Source of the DNA: Opitutales bacterium
Lineage (GTDB): Bacteria > Verrucomicrobiota > Verrucomicrobiia > Opitutales > PNEW01
DNA: 64,000 bases
Direction: 5' to 3'
Assembly: GCA_965197745.1 (NCBI GenBank)
Contig: CBDANS010000006.1
Span: 928,001 to 992,000 of the forward strand
Shown: positions 40,231-51,852 of the stretch, in pieces
Layout: each line of letters starts with the position of its first letter
Numbering within the stretch: position 1 is the first letter of the stretch
Position numbers and translations under genes: made by a program
The notes under the pieces: model-generated
Told to the model about the DNA's origin: nothing
Seen by the model: only the letters and a program-made list of their open reading frames with translations
Databases searched by the model: none

Positions 40231-40375
40231 ATACTCAATCGTAGAAGTTTAAGAGCGCGCAGCTATGGTCATGAAGTTGTATGACTATGACGGGCCAGGA
40301 GTGTGGAAGAAAATAAAAGTTCCTTAGTCTCTTAATCTCTTATTCACAGCGCCGTATTTAATTACCTATACGGCG

Positions 40376-43284
40376 ATGATGCGGATTAAAGGAGAGTTCA
40401 TTTCTTCTCGCTTGGGGCGTTGGATGATGGTATCCGGTATCGTCATCTCTCTTGGTGAAGTTTTACTCTTTGCCAATTACGAAGGGGTTGCGGGAAAGAC
40501 CCTGAAGTCACTCATTGATGATAGCACACAGGCAATCACTGCTGGAGACTACGCGCTTGCCTCTGAAATTTTCGCCCTACTGGAACGTGAATTCAGTGAA
40601 GACGATGAATATAATGAGGCGCGATTACAAAACATAATAATGCCCACACGGGGGTACGCGCAGTTGGTGAGTGGTCAACCGGAGGAAGCTATCGAGACCC
40701 TTAAAGGATATCTTCAAATAAAGACAGCTGACGAAAGAAAAAGATCATTTGCTGTTTTTACTCTCGGGCGCTCTTACGAGGATGCGAATAAATGGGAGGA
40801 AGCAATGGATACCTACCATCGCTTTGAGAAAATGCAACCCGGGAAAATGGAAGTCGCACTTTCAATCATGCGCCGGGCGGAAATTCTTTTCAAATACGAT
40901 AACAAAAAGAAAAGCATTGAATTGCTCAATGATCTTTTTCTCTCGGACGCATCTTATACCTTGCGCATTCAAGCGCGGCTGCGCGCGCTCCAAAAAAGTT
41001 TAGAAATAAATAATATCGAAATGGCTGAATTGATACTCTTCAACACGGAGTGGGCACTAACCTCCATGCTCGAGCTGGCGGTGCTTGCATTTTGCGCTCT
41101 CCAAGTAGGGGATTCTCTTCTCACTGCAAACAATTATCAAAACGCAATTCGTTGTTACCGCATGATACCCCAAAAGGATATCCTGATCACAGCACAGAAG
41201 AAACGGCTGCAACAAATACGCGCCACCTATGAAGACAGGGCTCCTCTCATCGCACAATCAAGCGCTCGTATCTGGTTAGATTATTATCAGCAACTCATCC
41301 AAAAGATTGAGTTGCAGCTGAAACAACTTGAAGAGTCCGAGGATTATACCCCTGGTTTTCTCCTTAGATATGGACAATCTCTGCTCCTGGCTGGACGCTC
41401 TCGAGAAGCGCTGATTGTCTTTGAGTCGTTATCTACCGACAAGGAGTTTAATGAGGATACACGCATTACTGCTCACTATCGCTGGATTGTCGCGGCCGGA
41501 GCACTCGAAAATTGGGATGAAGCATTAAATTAGCGCGTTAGTTCACAGAGTGGTATCCCCATTCTCCTTTAATCCCTCAGGCCCATTTTATAATCGCAGA
41601 AGCATACCAGGGGCTGCATAATTATAAACAGGCGATAGCTATATTATCAGATCTGTTAGATAAATTTCCCGCACACTCACTCCATTAACGCTGGCAATTT
41701 AATCGCGGGTTTTGCCACCTCCTCGATGAACATTTTGCCCATGCGCGCGATGATTTCAATCGCTACCTCAATGAAAATCCTAATGGCGCATTAAATGTCA
41801 ACGCGCGTTTATGGCATGCTCAAAGCTGGTTACTCGAGAAAGAATATTCATCAGCCCTTCGGGAATTTGACGCGCTGTGCAACAATGTAAAAAGGCATCC
41901 TCTCTTGCCGGAAATCAGTTATCGCCGTGCAAGCACCCTCTACGCGATGCGCCATTACGAACCCGCCCTCACTGAAATCAATCAATACCTGAGCAAATAT
42001 TCTCATCACCAGCGATGGACCGAAGCCCAAGTGCTAAAAGGCGATATCCTCATGGGGCAAGGTGAACTTATGGCAGCCGTGAAACTATTTAACACGATTG
42101 TCCCTGAATCGCAGGTTCTCTTTCACTACTCAATTTTCCAAATAGGAAAAATCTATCGTGTTCTCGAAGATTACAAAGGGTTAATCAACCATTTTGAATG
42201 GTTTATACACCGTGGAGACATAAGCGAAAAGCAACGTGTTTGCGAAGCCCTTTATTGGATCGGTTGGGCCTATGCGCGGCAAGAAAAAACGAGCAAAGCC
42301 TTTCCCCTTTTTATTGATGCATTGCAGACTTACGGAAACAAAATTGAGGCTAATGAAGTGATGGAAATTTTAAAAGCCCTGGACGATCTTCACCAACGGT
42401 CTAAGCATGATAGCGGCAGCAAAATAGTTTACGATCATCCTCTATTAACGACTTGGAATTTCGAAACCTGGTTGGAGGCTGAAGTGGATAAAGCATTTAC
42501 CGCCAATAAACTTACTTACTATTCGCGATTGAAAATTTATCTTTCTGATCGGCGAGAAAAGCAGAAACGCATAAATGAAGCTCATGTCCTGCTGATGGAG
42601 ATAGCTAAAAAAGTCCCCCTTGAATATCTCGACGCAGAGGGGCTTGGGCGAACAGGGCTTATCCTCGAAAAGTTGAATGATCCTTCCACCGAGGAACGCC
42701 TTAATATGCTTCTGGGAAAATTTCCCTCCCATCCCCAGCGTGCACTCGCCTATTATGGCCTCGGCAGAGTCTTTATTAAGACCGCCAATTACGCGCAGGC
42801 GCTCTCTTATCTGGAAAGATTAGATGAAGAGTTGCCCGGACATCCGCTTGCCACTGAATCCGCTTTCATGCGTGGGTCAACACTAACAAAAATGGATCAC
42901 GCTCTTGAGGCGATCCCCATTTATGACCGCTTGTTACATCTGAAAAGTGCTCGCGGTCGTAATCATGCCAGAGCATTGCAAGGTCTGGCAGAAGCACAGT
43001 TATCCCTTGGCCATCAAGACAAAGCCGTAGCTTATTATCAGAGGATCTATACCTTGTATCGCGCATACTCCGAATTGGTCGCCGACGCTTACTTACAAAG
43101 TGCAAAAATATTTGAAACTATGGGCGACTTGCCCGCCGCCTTTAACACGCTCGAGGAAATGTTGAACACCGACACCCTCATTACTCAGAAAACCTACCCC
43201 CAGGCGCAGATCGATAGGAATAGACTGGCCGCAATGCTACCTATCGAAAAAACATCGTTCCCGGGAGTGGAGAGGCTTCCATGA
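40376..43284 (+). pseudogene. Large TPR-repeat protein gene, disrupted
   Basis: TPR-like reading continues across the gap between ORFs 40376-41533 and 41905-43284 after a 1-nt frameshift near 41526-41530, with in-frame TAG (41539-41541) and TAA (41686-41688). Confidence 0.85.
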
Positions 43285-44165
43285 TTCCACCCCTCATCAC
43301 TGCCCTGTTATATTTATCCTCGCTGGCAATTCTGCCCGACAGGGCCCACCCTATCATTGATGATGACTGAATAAGGCATTCACTTGAGCAGCCGGTGATC
43401 GTAATCAATAGTGGTGGACATACTATTAAAGGTTCTATCGATTCAGCTTCTGATGCCCGGATCATTCTAAATTATAAAGTAGATTCCGGTGAAGTGCTCT
43501 ACACCCTCTATCGTAATGATATATCGGATATTATTCTTCCCGGGCGAGAAATTGCAACGTTCGCGTTCGAACTGGTAAGAGAAAATAAAAGGGTAGAGGC
43601 GTTACCTTTTCTGCATGCCTTATATACACAGCGGTTCGCATTTCTCGGTCTGCTCCCTGAAAAAAATGTCGTCATTTTTACTCATCTTGTAAGCGCCTAC
43701 TTGCAAACGGAAGAATATCGTAAATGTGTCTCCGTCGCCCAAAGAATAGCACCATTAATTGAAGACCCAAAAACTAAGGATAAGATCGAAGATGCAATTT
43801 TGCTCTGCACCTACAACCTGGGCAACTACGATGATGCATTGAATCTCGCGAATTCCTGGATTGAGAAAGCTCGGCGTTTTCATCCTTCAGCTCTCGGTTC
43901 GTGGATCCTGGCTATGGTTAAATTTGAAAGGGGATTTCACGAATCCGCGCTCTGGGTAAGTTTTAAACCCATAGTCTTCTCCAGCCAAATGCCAATAGAC
44001 TTTCTTGCGGAATGTTATGCTGTCGCCATCGCGACCTGTGTGGAATTAAAATATGATGATGAAGCCAAAGTTCTTTATGCGGAAATGTTAGAGCGCGGAT
44101 TTTATTGGCCCGATATTGCTTTGTTAGAGCCCTATGCTCCACAGCTAAGGGTTATGGAATTGTGA
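43281..44165 (+). pseudogene. Exported TPR-like protein gene with premature stop
   Basis: ATG overlaps the upstream stop (ATGA 43281-43284) and encodes a signal-like peptide; in-frame TGA at 43368-43370 precedes the 43395-44165 ORF in the same frame. Confidence 0.75.
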
Positions 44166-44196
44166 GATCGTCCTCTTCCTCATAATTTAAATTCTA

Positions 44197-44460
44197 CGGC
44201 CACGACGGAGCGTGGCCCTCCATTGTTTTTCAGAGTGTAGACGTTCTGTTGATTTTCTGGAGGGACGCACTCCGTTGCGTCCGTGAGGATTTTTGTAGCG
44301 GCCACGACGGAGCGTAGCCCTCCATTGTTCTTTCAGGATGTAGACGTTCCGTTGCTTTTCTGGAGGGACGCGCATTTGCCTGCCTGCCGTCCATAGTCCC
44401 TCGATTGAGGGACGGAGGATGGTCGGCCATAGCCCAACGGGCGACGGCTGATCGCGTCCG
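44197..44460. repeat. Tandemly duplicated REP family A unit (about 102-bp period) with doubly nested mini-elements
   Basis: cggccacgacggagcgt(g/a)gccctccattgtt...ttttctggagggacgc occurs at 44197 and 44299; insertions at 44379-44451. Confidence 0.88.
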
Positions 44461-44610
44461 TATATGTATTATTGTTAAATTGGGATTCAGAAGCGTGCTG
44501 GGGACAGCCATATTCTGTATCCTCTGAAACCGCATCATAAAAAATTATCCCCTATATCATCTTTTAGTACTTTATTTCTGCTCCTGAATTCCGATCAGTA
44601 ATTATTAATA

Positions 44611-45345
44611 ATGAATTGTTCCCGATCGAATTACCTGCTCACTGTCTTTTTCCTTTGCCAAAGGAACTGTCATTTATGGGGTGAGGGAAGCGAGCCTGGC
44701 CTACCGCCTGTTGCGGAAAGTCAAAGCTTGTGGGGGTTGATTCAAGAGGGAGGTTGGGCCATGTGGCCCTTAGGATTTTGTTCCCTCGCTATGTTCTTTC
44801 TCATTCTTTACGGATGGAAAGAATCACAGCAGAAAAAATTTATTCCTCAATCAATGTTGGAAAAAATTAAAGAACAATTACAAAGAAAAGCGTTGCAAGA
44901 GGCATCGCGAACACTCGAAGCGCAACCCAGCGTGCTTTCGAGGACAATGCTGGTTGCTTTGTCTAAGCTACGCCCAGACAAAGATGGGGCAAACAAAGAA
45001 AATATGGAGACAGCCCTCGTCGATGCCCTCGAAGGGGAAGAAAACAGTGTGGGACAATGGATTAATTACCTCAACGTGGTAGCCACAGTCTCTCCAATGA
45101 TTGGACTGCTGGGAACGGTGAGCGGTATGATCGGGGCATTTTCAACAATCGCTCAAGGTGGCATGGGACGTCCCGAACTGCTCGCCGGTGATATCGGCGA
45201 AGCGCTTATCACCACGGCAACCGGGCTGGTAATCGGGATCCCCGCGATGATCGCATTCTTTGTCCTGCGCAACCGGCTCAACAGCCAAATGCTGTCAACG
45301 TCGCAGACTGCCCGCGAGTTAATCGACTATCTTGCCGAAGAGTAA
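44611..45345 (+). CDS. MotA/TolQ/ExbB proton channel family protein
   Basis: GGWAMWPL, SPMIGLLGTVSGMIGAF and GIGEALITTATGLVIGIPA-like motifs. Confidence 0.92.
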   Translation: MNCSRSNYLLTVFFLCQRNCHLWGEGSEPGLPPVAESQSLWGLIQEGGWAMWPLGFCSLAMFFLILYGWKESQQKKFIPQSMLEKIKEQLQRKALQEASRTLEAQPSVLSRTMLVALSKLRPDKDGANKENMETALVDALEGEENSVGQWINYLNVVATVSPMIGLLGTVSGMIGAFSTIAQGGMGRPELLAGDIGEALITTATGLVIGIPAMIAFFVLRNRLNSQMLSTSQTARELIDYLAEE

Positions 45346-45358
45346 TTCAGGTTGTCAG

Positions 45359-45473
45359 GTGGAGTGGGCTGTCTCAGCACGCTCTTTTTTTTCTATTTAT
45401 AATAACCCGCGGAAGGAACCAAGCGGCGCTCTGCGACGCAGAGCAATGGCCGGCGAGCATCGCGCACTCTACC
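45359..45473. repeat. REP family B pair, right arm with mini-element (45419-45457)
   Basis: gtggagtgggctgtctcagcacgct ... gcggaaggaa[ccaagc...ggcgag]catcgcgcactctacc. Confidence 0.65.
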
Positions 45474-45479
45474 CAATAA

Positions 45480-46181
45480 CTACTTGTCCACACCCTCCGC
45501 TAAATCACGTAGTTCGGGTATGCTGTTGCGCATAACGGTAGATCTACTTATCCAAAGTCCTGCCTTTTTGAAAGACTCAATGCGCCTAAGTTCACGCTCA
45601 AGAGAAATAAAATCATTCTTCTCCCAAAATATAACAGCAAGATTATACGCCGCTTCCGCCCGAAAAGTGTCGAGGAGCAGGGGGTCACTGGCAATTTTAC
45701 GCAGGGCTTCTGCTCCTTCGTCTCCATTTCCCATCATAAGATGGGACATCGCCATGCCGAGCCGAGCCCTTCCTTGTATCACCTTATTTTCGAGATGGGT
45801 TATCGCGTAATCATAAAACTCAAAGGCCTGAGCATAGTCTTCATCGCCATATTTTGTATTTGCCAATTGTAGATAAGCCATGCCTGCGAGTGTGTGCCGG
45901 GGGTGCTCTCGGGCAAATTCAATTAGTGCTTCATCATCATCGGCCTCTTGATAAGCTGCCTGCACCGCGAGCTCTCCGCGCTCAGCGAGGTAGAGCATCG
46001 TTTGATAGATAAGCACTGACAATATGATAACCCCGATTACCGCAATAATAGCCTGGCGATAGTTTTCCCAAATAAGGATCACTTTTTGTTCAAAATCCGC
46101 TTCTTCAAATCCCTCCATGCCGACGGCGGCGGCGCCTTTCTCAGGGATTGCTTTTTCCGAATCTGTTTTTGAATCATTCAT
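45480..46181 (-). CDS. YfgM-like membrane-anchored TPR protein
   Basis: IWENYRQAIIAVIGVIILSVLI TM segment followed by TPR helices (AYLQLANTKY, ARLGMAMS). Confidence 0.75.
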   Translation of the reverse strand: MNDSKTDSEKAIPEKGAAAVGMEGFEEADFEQKVILIWENYRQAIIAVIGVIILSVLIYQTMLYLAERGELAVQAAYQEADDDEALIEFAREHPRHTLAGMAYLQLANTKYGDEDYAQAFEFYDYAITHLENKVIQGRARLGMAMSHLMMGNGDEGAEALRKIASDPLLLDTFRAEAAYNLAVIFWEKNDFISLERELRRIESFKKAGLWISRSTVMRNSIPELRDLAEGVDK

Positions 46182-46727
46182 GGAACAAAGCGTAATCAAA
46201 TCATAGTATTTAAAGTTGAGTCAACAGGGATTAAAGAGAAACGGTGGCCGCGTCCCTCTACATCGGAATGACTTCTTTCAATTTGTTACTAATATGTAAT
46301 TTAAAACCATGAATTAACACGAATTGTCACGAATAAACTCAATCACATATTAAAAAGAATAGGCCTATCATTGTTTGATAATATTTATTTTATATTAACA
46401 ATAGTCACGTTTCTGCTTATGCAAAATATATCTTCAATCGTGTCTATTCATAGGTTTTTTTCACTTTAACATATAATTAACGACTTTGAATTAATGTGAG
46501 ATTGCCATAAGCATCTTTTTTTTATAAAAGTAATGAACTTATAGTGTGAAAATTAAAAATTTTAAATCGGAGGTTTGTCATTAAATTGAATAAGTCTGTT
46601 CAAATAAATACAGTATGACTTATTATATAAAAAAATGACGTATATGTAATCTTCTCACCGGGTATGTCGAATTACATTTTGTGTTGACATTCTGTGAGTG
46701 ATCGGACCCCGTATTTCGTATCAAATT

Positions 46728-47721
46728 TTAAGTGAGAGAACTACCGGGTGTTAATGGTTTTAGGATTGATGTATATGAGAGATCTTGGCGCAGTGAGGGC
46801 GTAGCCCGAACGCGGCCAAGAGCGGAAAGGAATGTGACAAACTCTTGTGGGCTTTTAAAGCCTAATCGACTGTGGGGATGTTCATTGTTATAGGTCTGAC
46901 GCCATTGTTCTATTAGCACTTGCGCTTCAGCCACGCTGAGCAACACTTCACGGTTCAAACACTCATCGCGTAAGCGGTTGTGAAACGACTCGATGAAACC
47001 GTTTTGCCAGGGACTGCCCGGATCGATATATATCGCCTTGATCTTTTTGTCGGACAACCACTGCTGCACCTGATGAGCAATGAATGGCTTCGCATGTCGT
47101 CGCTTCGCTCCTCGGAACACTGCCGTTGTCACTGCGGATATAGCTAGGAACTCCCTCTTCATCGATGGTTTCGCTGAGTACCGAGAGAACATCGGTTGAG
47201 GTGAGCTGTCGAGCTACCCGGATGCGTAAACATTTACGCGTATATGTCTTCGCTTCGCTTGAGTGTCGTCGCTTTCAGCTCCTCGGTACATCGATCAAGG
47301 TCATCATCTTTAGCATACCGCCATTGTCTGTACGATCATGGACAAAGTCCCAGGACCAGACGTGATTGCGACCGGTTGCTTTAGTAGGGAGCCCAGTAGA
47401 GATCCCCTGACGGTGTCTACGCTTTTTCGGGGGCTTTACCTGTAAGCCCGAAGAACGTCGCACTGCCTGTACAAATTTCCTGCTTGCCGCCCAACCTTCT
47501 TTCACCAGCAAGGCACGAATGCGCCGGTAACCGTAACGGGGATGTTCCCAGGACAAGGTCAAAATCCGCTCGGCCAATTGCTGAGCCTTCTTACTGGCCT
47601 GCTTGGGTCGGTAGCTGTACGTTGACCAACTGAGGCTGAGATAAGCACAAGCCCTCTAAAACGAGCACAGCCCCTTCTCAGCCGCATCTTTTACTGCTCG
47701 CTTCTTCTGCTTTGGGCTCAC
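46728..47721 (-). pseudogene. IS3 transposase OrfB (DDE), disrupted
   Basis: YGYRR, WSWDF, SDNG, PGSPWQNGFIESF and HPHSRLG motifs; TAG at 47656-47658; insertions at 47247-47288 and 47087-47117. Confidence 0.9.
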
Positions 47722-47984
47722 CATTTTTTTGAGAGCGTTTCCTCCAACACCCGAAGCTTGAGCATTTGATCAGCGAGCATCTTCTTCAGCTCCGTATTCT
47801 CCTTTTCCAGCTCTTTAAATCGCTTCGCATCAGCCAGCTCCAAGTTGCCATACTTTTTGCCCCAGCGATAGAAGGTCTGTTCACTTAGGTTGTTGCCGTG
47901 GCAGACTTCCTGCACGGTTTTGCCCGTATCGGGCTGCCGCAGTATTGCTATGATCTGTTCTGTTGTATATCTTTTTCTTTTCAT
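47718..47984 (-). CDS. IS3 transposase OrfA
   Basis: MKRKRYTTEQIIAILRQ...SEQTFYRW..LEKENTELKKMLAD; ends in AAAAAAATGGTGA (typical -1 frameshift site). Confidence 0.9.
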   Translation of the reverse strand: MKRKRYTTEQIIAILRQPDTGKTVQEVCHGNNLSEQTFYRWGKKYGNLELADAKRFKELEKENTELKKMLADQMLKLRVLEETLSKKW

Positions 47985-48334
47985 TGAGGTTATCTGTTTA
48001 TCCCGATAACCTCTCTCTGTTAATGATACCATTTTTGGGGGTCACTCCATGAGTTATCTTAAAAATTTTGCTCTTAAACAAACGCAATTCCTGGTTCCGG
48101 ATACCTCTTATAATATAATCCTATTGCCATACTCGTTTTTTTAATCTCGGCAGGATAATCATCCCGACAGGTTAATGAGGGCAAAAACAACCCGGATGGT
48201 CCTTCTATATAAATCTGACAATCGCTTATGTCTTCACGAGAAGAACGCCTTCTTTTGAATTGAAAATCACAAGCTAACTCACACTTCAAACGATGAATAC
48301 CCCACTAACGTCGCTCGTAAGTTTATCTTCTAAA

Positions 48335-51300
48335 ATGATGAAACCATTTAAAAATTTAATTTTCCTTTTCACCCTCTTCGGTCTGACCGTCAGTCAGCTC
48401 AACGCCGCAGAGGATTTGATAGTCCAAGCCGACGGCATAGCAGGACCAACTGCTGCTGATCCGGGGGAAACAGTTACTTTTGATATTACGGTAGAAAATA
48501 TTAGTGGTGATACTGATGTCACGGCGGACTTCGATGTTCAAGTAACAATTGACGGGACTACCGCTTCAGGGACTACCACTTTTCCTGCAGCAACTACTAA
48601 TATACCCCAAGGTGGAACGGCCGTGGTACAAGTAAGTGTTGATTTACCCAATGTAGCCAAGAACACTTTTGATGTTACCGCTTTCGCTGACAGTGCTGAC
48701 GATATAGCTGAAGACGACGAAAACAACAATACTGAGACTGAAGTTGCTTTTATATCTATTTCCGAACCTCCACAGATTGAAATCACCCCACCCGCTGACA
48801 ACGCGACGGTCATACCGGGAACGACCATCACTATTACCACTTCCGTTCTCGATACCGACGGGGTCATTGCGCAGGTCGAATTCTTTGTCAATAACGCCAC
48901 CATAGGAACGGTGACGACCTTCCCCTTCCAACTCGATTTCACGGTACCCTCTCCCGGCACTTTAGAAATATCCACCACGGCCACCGATGACTCAGGTGTG
49001 ACGGCCGATTCTGATCTCGTTACCCTGAATTCTTCCGTCGGCTCCGCGCCCACGGTAAGTATTATCTCACCGACCTCAGGCGAAAGTTTCATCCCCGGAT
49101 TCAATCTTGATATTATCGCAGAAGCTGCCGACAGTGATGGCCTCATCGAAGAGGTTGAGTTTTTTATTAACGGGGTATCCATTGGCAACGCAACTACTTT
49201 CCCCTTCGGACTTTTCTTCCAGCTTCCTTCCCCCGGCAGTTATCAACTTACGGCAATCGCAACGGATAATGCGGGCAATGTAGGTTTCTCACAAACCGTA
49301 AACATCGAAGTCGTCCTTGGAACTCCCCCCGTAATTACCCTTACCTCACCCTCATCGGGTGGAAGTTTTATCCCCGGAGCGGAACTCATTCTTGCGGCCA
49401 CCGCAAATGATCCCGATGGTTTGGTTTCTGAGGTTGAATTTTTTGTAAACGATTCGTCAGTGGGAACGACGACGACGGCACCCTTCCAAAGTAATTTCAG
49501 TTTACCTTCATCGGGAGTCTATTTTATTAGAGCGACTGCAACCGACAATTCCGGTAATAAAACAAGATCTGGCAGTGTCGTGGTATCTGCAGGACCCCCC
49601 GACAACAGTACCCCACGAATAATCATTGATCACCCCCTGCCTATCGGAGGTGGTGATACGGTTAATGACGTCTCGGTCGCCTCGAGCATGTTCCTTAATG
49701 CTACAGCGGTGGACCCCGACGGGTTTATTACGGAAGTGCGCTTTTTTGCCAATGGTCAGCTGCTGGGATCGACAAACCAGGGTTTGGGTGATCAGTACTC
49801 ACTCTTCTTTGATCCCACACAACAGGGCGATTTTGAATTTACGGCAGAAGCGGTGGATAATTTTGGGAATGTAGGTCAGGCTATTCCCATTCCTCTCGAC
49901 GTAGGCCCCGTGGAATCTCTACTTCCCACAGGTTTTATGCGTCCTCTCTCGGATCTCGAGTCTACAATCAGTGTCGGGGAAAGTGTTGAGTTGAAGGTCG
50001 AACTCAATGCCGGTCTTCTCGATATCAGCCAGGTGAATTATTATGCAAATGGGGTATTTATTGGAACCCAGGATACCGATACCCCGGTTGAAAGTATCGG
50101 GCAGGTAATGTCTTCCTTTTCAGTTTTACCTGGTTCCCGGATTTTTCCGGAACCTACGCCATGCAGGCGCGTTCCGTCCAGATCGATCCAAACGGATTCA
50201 CTTTCGATAACTGGCTTATTACTGATCCCATTTCTTTAGTTGTCACTGAAGCTTCGTCGGACCGCGATTTCGTCAACCAATCGTTCGTAGATTTTCAAGG
50301 CATAGAGCTGACGCCATCCCAGGAAAGCTCCTTTATTGCTTCGCTGGATGCTGGTCAAATCACCCGTAGCCAGGTCATTGAGGAAATATTTGAGACTCCT
50401 GATGCCGAGAATATTCAAAAAGCGCTTATGGCACGATTCCTTCTTACCGGACTATGGCCAACGCGCGCGCTCCTCTTTCAAGATACCCAGGTAATCACCG
50501 ACAGTGGACTTGGTCAACTGGTTGATTTCCTCATTCCTACCTTTCAGAAATCATTTTTAGATAACCAGGAACTTCCTGATTCATTAGCTACAGATGCGGA
50601 GATTGTCAGCTTCTTTGAAAAGGCGTTTATCAACAAGTACGGTGTTGCTCCCAATGCGGACCAGTCAGAACAGGGTTTGCTGCGAATCAGATTTTCAGGA
50701 GCCGAGTTTTTCCTCGAACGATTCGTTACCGATAATGATATCACCTTTTTAGGATCTACCAGTCGAACAACGGTACTGGCAATCCCGAATCCGCCAAATA
50801 ATCGTTTACCGGATTTCGCCGACTCATCTTCTCTTCTTGTTCATCTTTTAAGAATTCAACCTTCGCCGTCGGATGTGAGTAATCTTGCAGCCTTATCTAC
50901 TTTTATTGATGAAATAGATACTACACTGGCCGACCCCCGTTATATTGATCGGTTTTCTGTGCCTTCAGCTGCCGCTGCCGCCGGTGAAGCTTCGATTGTC
51001 GCCGAAGACATTGTCCGCCCCAATGGGAATGTCTATGACCAGGTATTGTTAAGCACTCAGTCGGTAACCGTAGAGGCCGACCCGGGTCAGATCACCCGCG
51101 TCTCTTTCCTTGATGAGAATGATGACATCGTCATGGCAGAATTCTCCGGATCAGGTGCGCTTGAAGTTTCTATAGATCCCGTTACTTTCCAAAGCGCAGC
51201 TCCACCCGTTAAATATAACCAACCCGATATCAGTTACGCTAAAGGGCGTGCCCGATTCAAAATTACCGGCGCGCAAAGTGATACCTGGTTTTCCGTTTTC

Positions 51301-51768
51301 TCACTGGGTTCACTCAATGTAGTCAATACGGGTATATTAAAAGATAATGAGACCTACGACGGTATTGCCAACGTTTCTTCACTGGAGATTGTGAACTCAG
51401 AAGAAATGGGCGGAATTTTAGCGGGTAATGCGGTATTTTCTGATACCAAGCTGAACGTCGGTATCGTAGCTGATGGCGTTCGTGTAATTAACCGTGTTGT
51501 TATTGGCGACATAGATGCCAGAGGGAATGCCTTCCCCGTCCTGAGCTTTGATCCCGGGTCACAATTTGGTCAATTAATTGTCGCCGGGGGCGATCTGGTT
51601 CAAACCAATGAGACCGCGATTAATCTCAGCGGTAATGGAGCGGGTGCAGGATTTACCAGTATTATTACGCAGGATAATTTCAGATCTAATGGGATACCCA
51701 TGATCGCGGGTACCATCGCCGCCCAATTCAGCGTCGGCAATGATCCGATTATTATCGCCGTTGAGTAG
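48335..51768 (+). pseudogene. Large secreted/surface protein (CARDB-like + about five Big_7-like Ig repeats + DUF4214-like + Opitutales-type C-terminal domain) split by a single frameshift
   Basis: Signal peptide MMKPFKNLIFLFTLFGLTVSQLNA; repeats D.DG.I..VEFF.N...G...ATD.; the last Ig repeat continues in another frame from about 50101 (AGNVFLFSFTWFPDFSGTYAMQARS) into ORF 50161-51768. Could be a sequencing indel. Confidence 0.75.
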
Positions 51769-51852
51769 GTTGCGGATTGGCGAACAGGTGTGAATGCGAT
51801 AATGCGAAACGATAGCGTTCGCAAATAATTCCTTGCGAAACTGTATTTATCA

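Larger units (their letters stand above)
46699..48049 (-). mobile_element. IS3-family insertion sequence, inactivated
   Basis: Imperfect terminal IRs TGATCGGACCCCGTATTTCGTATCA and TGGAGTGACCCCCAAAAATGGTATCA, 4-bp direct repeat TGAG (46695-46698, 48050-48053), orfA/orfB layout with an A7 slippage site. Confidence 0.93.

Noticed and set aside
40250..40327. Possible 3' remnant of a deleted gene (…MVMKLYDYDGPGVWKKIKVP*) before the TPR pseudogene
   Set aside because: Too short to support without a homology search.
41539..43370. Stop-codon reassignment or selenocysteine/pyrrolysine readthrough
   Set aside because: TAG, TAA and TGA all occur, together with a frameshift, and all three terminate normal genes elsewhere in the window; decay is simpler.
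44197..44460. Repeat-spacer-repeat pattern resembling a CRISPR array
   Set aside because: The spacers are near-duplicates of each other, the repeats are inverted REP pairs found throughout the window, and there are no cas genes.
44187..44538. Short ORFs with repeated WRATLRRGR-type peptides (also 9415-9672, 51974-52312, 59232-59453, 62900-63088)
   Set aside because: They are translations of REP DNA, not RiPP precursors or real genes.
47718..47730. A7 slippery site as a novel recoding signal
   Set aside because: It is the standard IS3-family orfA/orfB -1 frameshift site.
48538..49188. 216-aa antisense ORF and many other 60-170-aa shadow ORFs
   Set aside because: They lie opposite or within well-supported genes and show no recognisable motifs.
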